Source of the DNA: Candidatus Beckwithbacteria bacterium GW2011_GWC1_49_16 | GTDB taxonomy: Bacteria; Patescibacteriota; Microgenomatia; UBA1400; CG1-02-47-37 | Length of the DNA: 64,000 nucleotides | Direction of reading: 5' to 3' | Assembly: GCA_001029675.1 (NCBI GenBank) | Contig: CP011210.1 | Location: 192,193 to 256,192, forward strand | Shown: positions 62,388 through 64,000 of the stretch, one piece after another | Layout of the letters: each line of letters begins with the position of its first letter | Numbering within the stretch: the stretch's first letter is position 1 | Translations under genes and position numbers: made by a program | Notes under the pieces: model-generated | What the model was told of the DNA's origin: nothing | The model's input: the letters and a program-made list of their open reading frames with translations, nothing else | The model's database searches: none

Positions 62388-63269
62388 TTACAAGCACTGG
62401 CCGGTGCAGCGGTTAAGACAAATCGACCGGGATCCGGGCAGAATGCTTAGCTCGGGGAAGAGAGTGAAGACGGCATCGCACTGGGCGCTACAAGCGTTAC
62501 AGCTGATGCCGCCTAGGCTGGCCGAACCCCCTGGAATGCCCTCCCCGCCGATACCGTTAGTCGCATTGGATGCGTCTTGTGAGACAGTTGAGGTAGTTGT
62601 GGATGTGTCACTGCTGGTTCCTGTACAACTGGCTTGGTAGACCGCCAAAGCGGTTTGGCAGTTGGCTTGTTGGGCTCTTTTGCCGTATTTACAAAAAGGC
62701 ACCCCGGCGTCTTTGGCAATAGTAAAAGCCAGAGCGCTGCAGTCGTCGTTTCGGGGCAGGTCAAAAGAGCCGCAGCCTTCGTCGTGGAGCCTTTGGTAGC
62801 ATTCCTGAAACTTAACATCATCGCAGGGGACGGGGTAATTACAGGAGCCGCCGCTGCACAAAGAGGTGCCGCTTTGGCACGCTTGGGGGACGTTTCCCGG
62901 CGGCGGGTTGCCTCCGGATGAGCTGGGGGGGTCTTGGGGTGGAGGGTTATTATCAACGCAGCTCCAGCCATTACCACCATATTCTCCAATTGAACAGCGT
63001 TGTCCGTCACCGCATTCCTCAACCTTATTCCAATCACCGTTTTTACATTGAAAGACAGCGCTAATCCCTCCGGGCCTGTTGCAAGCAAAGGCGCCTTCTA
63101 AGTTGTCATTACAGCTTGCCGCCGGAGAATTTATGCCACCCGCCAAAGATCTGGTCCGGGTGGGGGACTGGGCAAGAAGGTAAGCAAAGCCGAGGCCGGC
63201 GACCAAGACCAGGCCGATGACAGCTTTGAGTAAAACGGAGAGCTTCTTGAGCCTATAAAACAGGGCCAT
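62388..63269 (-). CDS. secreted Cys-rich protein (28 Cys) inserted between nusG and rplK
   Basis: Signal peptide/TM LLKAVIGLVLVAGLGFAYLLA, then repeated C-x-C/G-rich modules with a PPPQDPP linker. Confidence 0.5.
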   Translation of the reverse strand: MALFYRLKKLSVLLKAVIGLVLVAGLGFAYLLAQSPTRTRSLAGGINSPAASCNDNLEGAFACNRPGGISAVFQCKNGDWNKVEECGDGQRCSIGEYGGNGWSCVDNNPPPQDPPSSSGGNPPPGNVPQACQSGTSLCSGGSCNYPVPCDDVKFQECYQRLHDEGCGSFDLPRNDDCSALAFTIAKDAGVPFCKYGKRAQQANCQTALAVYQASCTGTSSDTSTTTSTVSQDASNATNGIGGEGIPGGSASLGGISCNACSAQCDAVFTLFPELSILPGSRSICLNRCTGQCL

Positions 63270-63286
63270 CAGGGATCATTATAACC

Positions 63287-63880
63287 TTAGATTTTCTGAA
63301 CTTGCAAGAAGTCAAGCTCGACGGGGGTTTCACGGCCAAAGATGGACACCAAAACTTTGACCTTGCCGCGTTCGTTGTCGATACTCTCCACCGAGCCCAG
63401 AAAGTCGGCAAACGGCCCTTCGATAATTTTGACGGCCTCGCCGATGGTGAAGGCGGCCTTGTACTTGGGCGCCTCCATCTCCATGAACTTCAAGATGTTT
63501 TTGACTTCGGAGGCGGGCAGAGGGGTGGGTTTGTTGCCGGCGCCGACAAAGCCGGTAACACCCTGGGTGGTGCGGACCGCCAGCCAGGAGTCGTCGGTGA
63601 GGATCATTCTGACCAAAAGATAGCCGGGGAAAAGTTTTTCCCTGACGTTTTGCTTTTGACCTTTTTTGATCTGAATCTTGTTTTGGGTGGGGATTAAGAC
63701 TTCGAGGATCGAGTCAGTCAAGTTCATGGTTTTGACTCTTTGCTTTAAGCCTTGGGCGACTTTGTGCTCGTGGCCGGAGTAGGTGTGGACCACAAACCAG
63801 TTGGCTTTTTTACTGTCCTTATCGGAAATGACGATGTGGTTTTCCGAATCGGGTTGGGTTTTCTTTTTGGTTTTTACCAT
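63287..63880 (-). CDS. nusG: transcription termination/antitermination factor NusG
   Basis: NGN domain (WFVVHTYSGHEHKV) and KOW C-terminus (GEAVKIIEGPFADFLGSVESIDNERGKVKVLVSIFGR). Confidence 0.9.
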   Translation of the reverse strand: MVKTKKKTQPDSENHIVISDKDSKKANWFVVHTYSGHEHKVAQGLKQRVKTMNLTDSILEVLIPTQNKIQIKKGQKQNVREKLFPGYLLVRMILTDDSWLAVRTTQGVTGFVGAGNKPTPLPASEVKNILKFMEMEAPKYKAAFTIGEAVKIIEGPFADFLGSVESIDNERGKVKVLVSIFGRETPVELDFLQVQKI

Positions 63881-63882
63881 AT

Positions 63883-64000
63883 TTATTTGACTATCAGGCC
63901 GACCAGTTTAGTAAACAGGTAGTCGAGGCCGCCCAGCAGGGCGCCGGTGACGGCGCTGACGCCGATGACGATGCCGGTTAATTTGACCACCTGGTTTTTT
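63883..64000 (-). CDS. secE: preprotein translocase SecE, C-terminal fragment (gene continues beyond window end)
   Basis: Minus-strand reading ...KNQVVKLTGIVIGVSAVTGALLGGLDYLFTKLVGLIVK*. Sits directly upstream of nusG as in the canonical secE-nusG arrangement. Confidence 0.6.
   Translation of the reverse strand, partial: KNQVVKLTGIVIGVSAVTGALLGGLDYLFTKLVGLIVK

Noticed and set aside
1-64000. CRISPR arrays, rRNA genes, integrases and transposases
   Set aside because: No spacer-repeat arrays with regular periodicity were seen. The 7-nt and 13-nt repeats are in-frame genic elements, not CRISPR. No rRNA-like conserved stretches and no recombinase catalytic motifs were recognised in any frame.

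Overview
This 64-kb window looks like a gene-dense chromosomal region of a small-genome bacterium. By gene content it is plausibly Candidate Phyla Radiation (Patescibacteria), but that assignment is an inference. The housekeeping backbone comprises leuS, argS, ndk, tsaD, a TsaC-TsaE fusion, mreB, truB and the secE-nusG-rplK-rplA/rplJ-rplL ribosomal cluster. It also carries a PiT phosphate transporter with its DUF47 partner, comEA and a split comEC, an M16 peptidase, a GT4 and a WecG/TagA glycosyltransferase, an aldehyde dehydrogenase and a HIT hydrolase. Two tRNAs, tRNA-Pro(CGG) and tRNA-Arg(CCU), lie on the minus strand. Accessory content is interleaved throughout. It includes a four-gene cluster of secreted surface proteins, an AbiEii-type module, an HTH-Panacea antitoxin with a small toxin beside the tRNAs, two Fic-family proteins, four tandem tatA paralogs upstream of tatC, three giant fibre-like proteins without signal peptides next to a DUF4143 ATPase, and several Cys-rich secreted paralogs. 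The most unusual signal seen directly in the sequence is a family of about 37-bp palindromic elements. Their consensus is CACTCCCGGAGTG, an 11-bp spacer, then CACTCCGGGAGTG, with a CACACCCGGTGTG variant. At least eight copies sit in-frame inside protein-coding genes including leuS, tsaD, tsaC-tsaE and a GT4. This is reminiscent of Rickettsia palindromic elements. A second class of in-frame micro-insertions consists of 7-nt tandem repeats in argS, leuS, truB, mreB and several signal peptides. No rRNA, CRISPR array, integrase or transposase was recognised.
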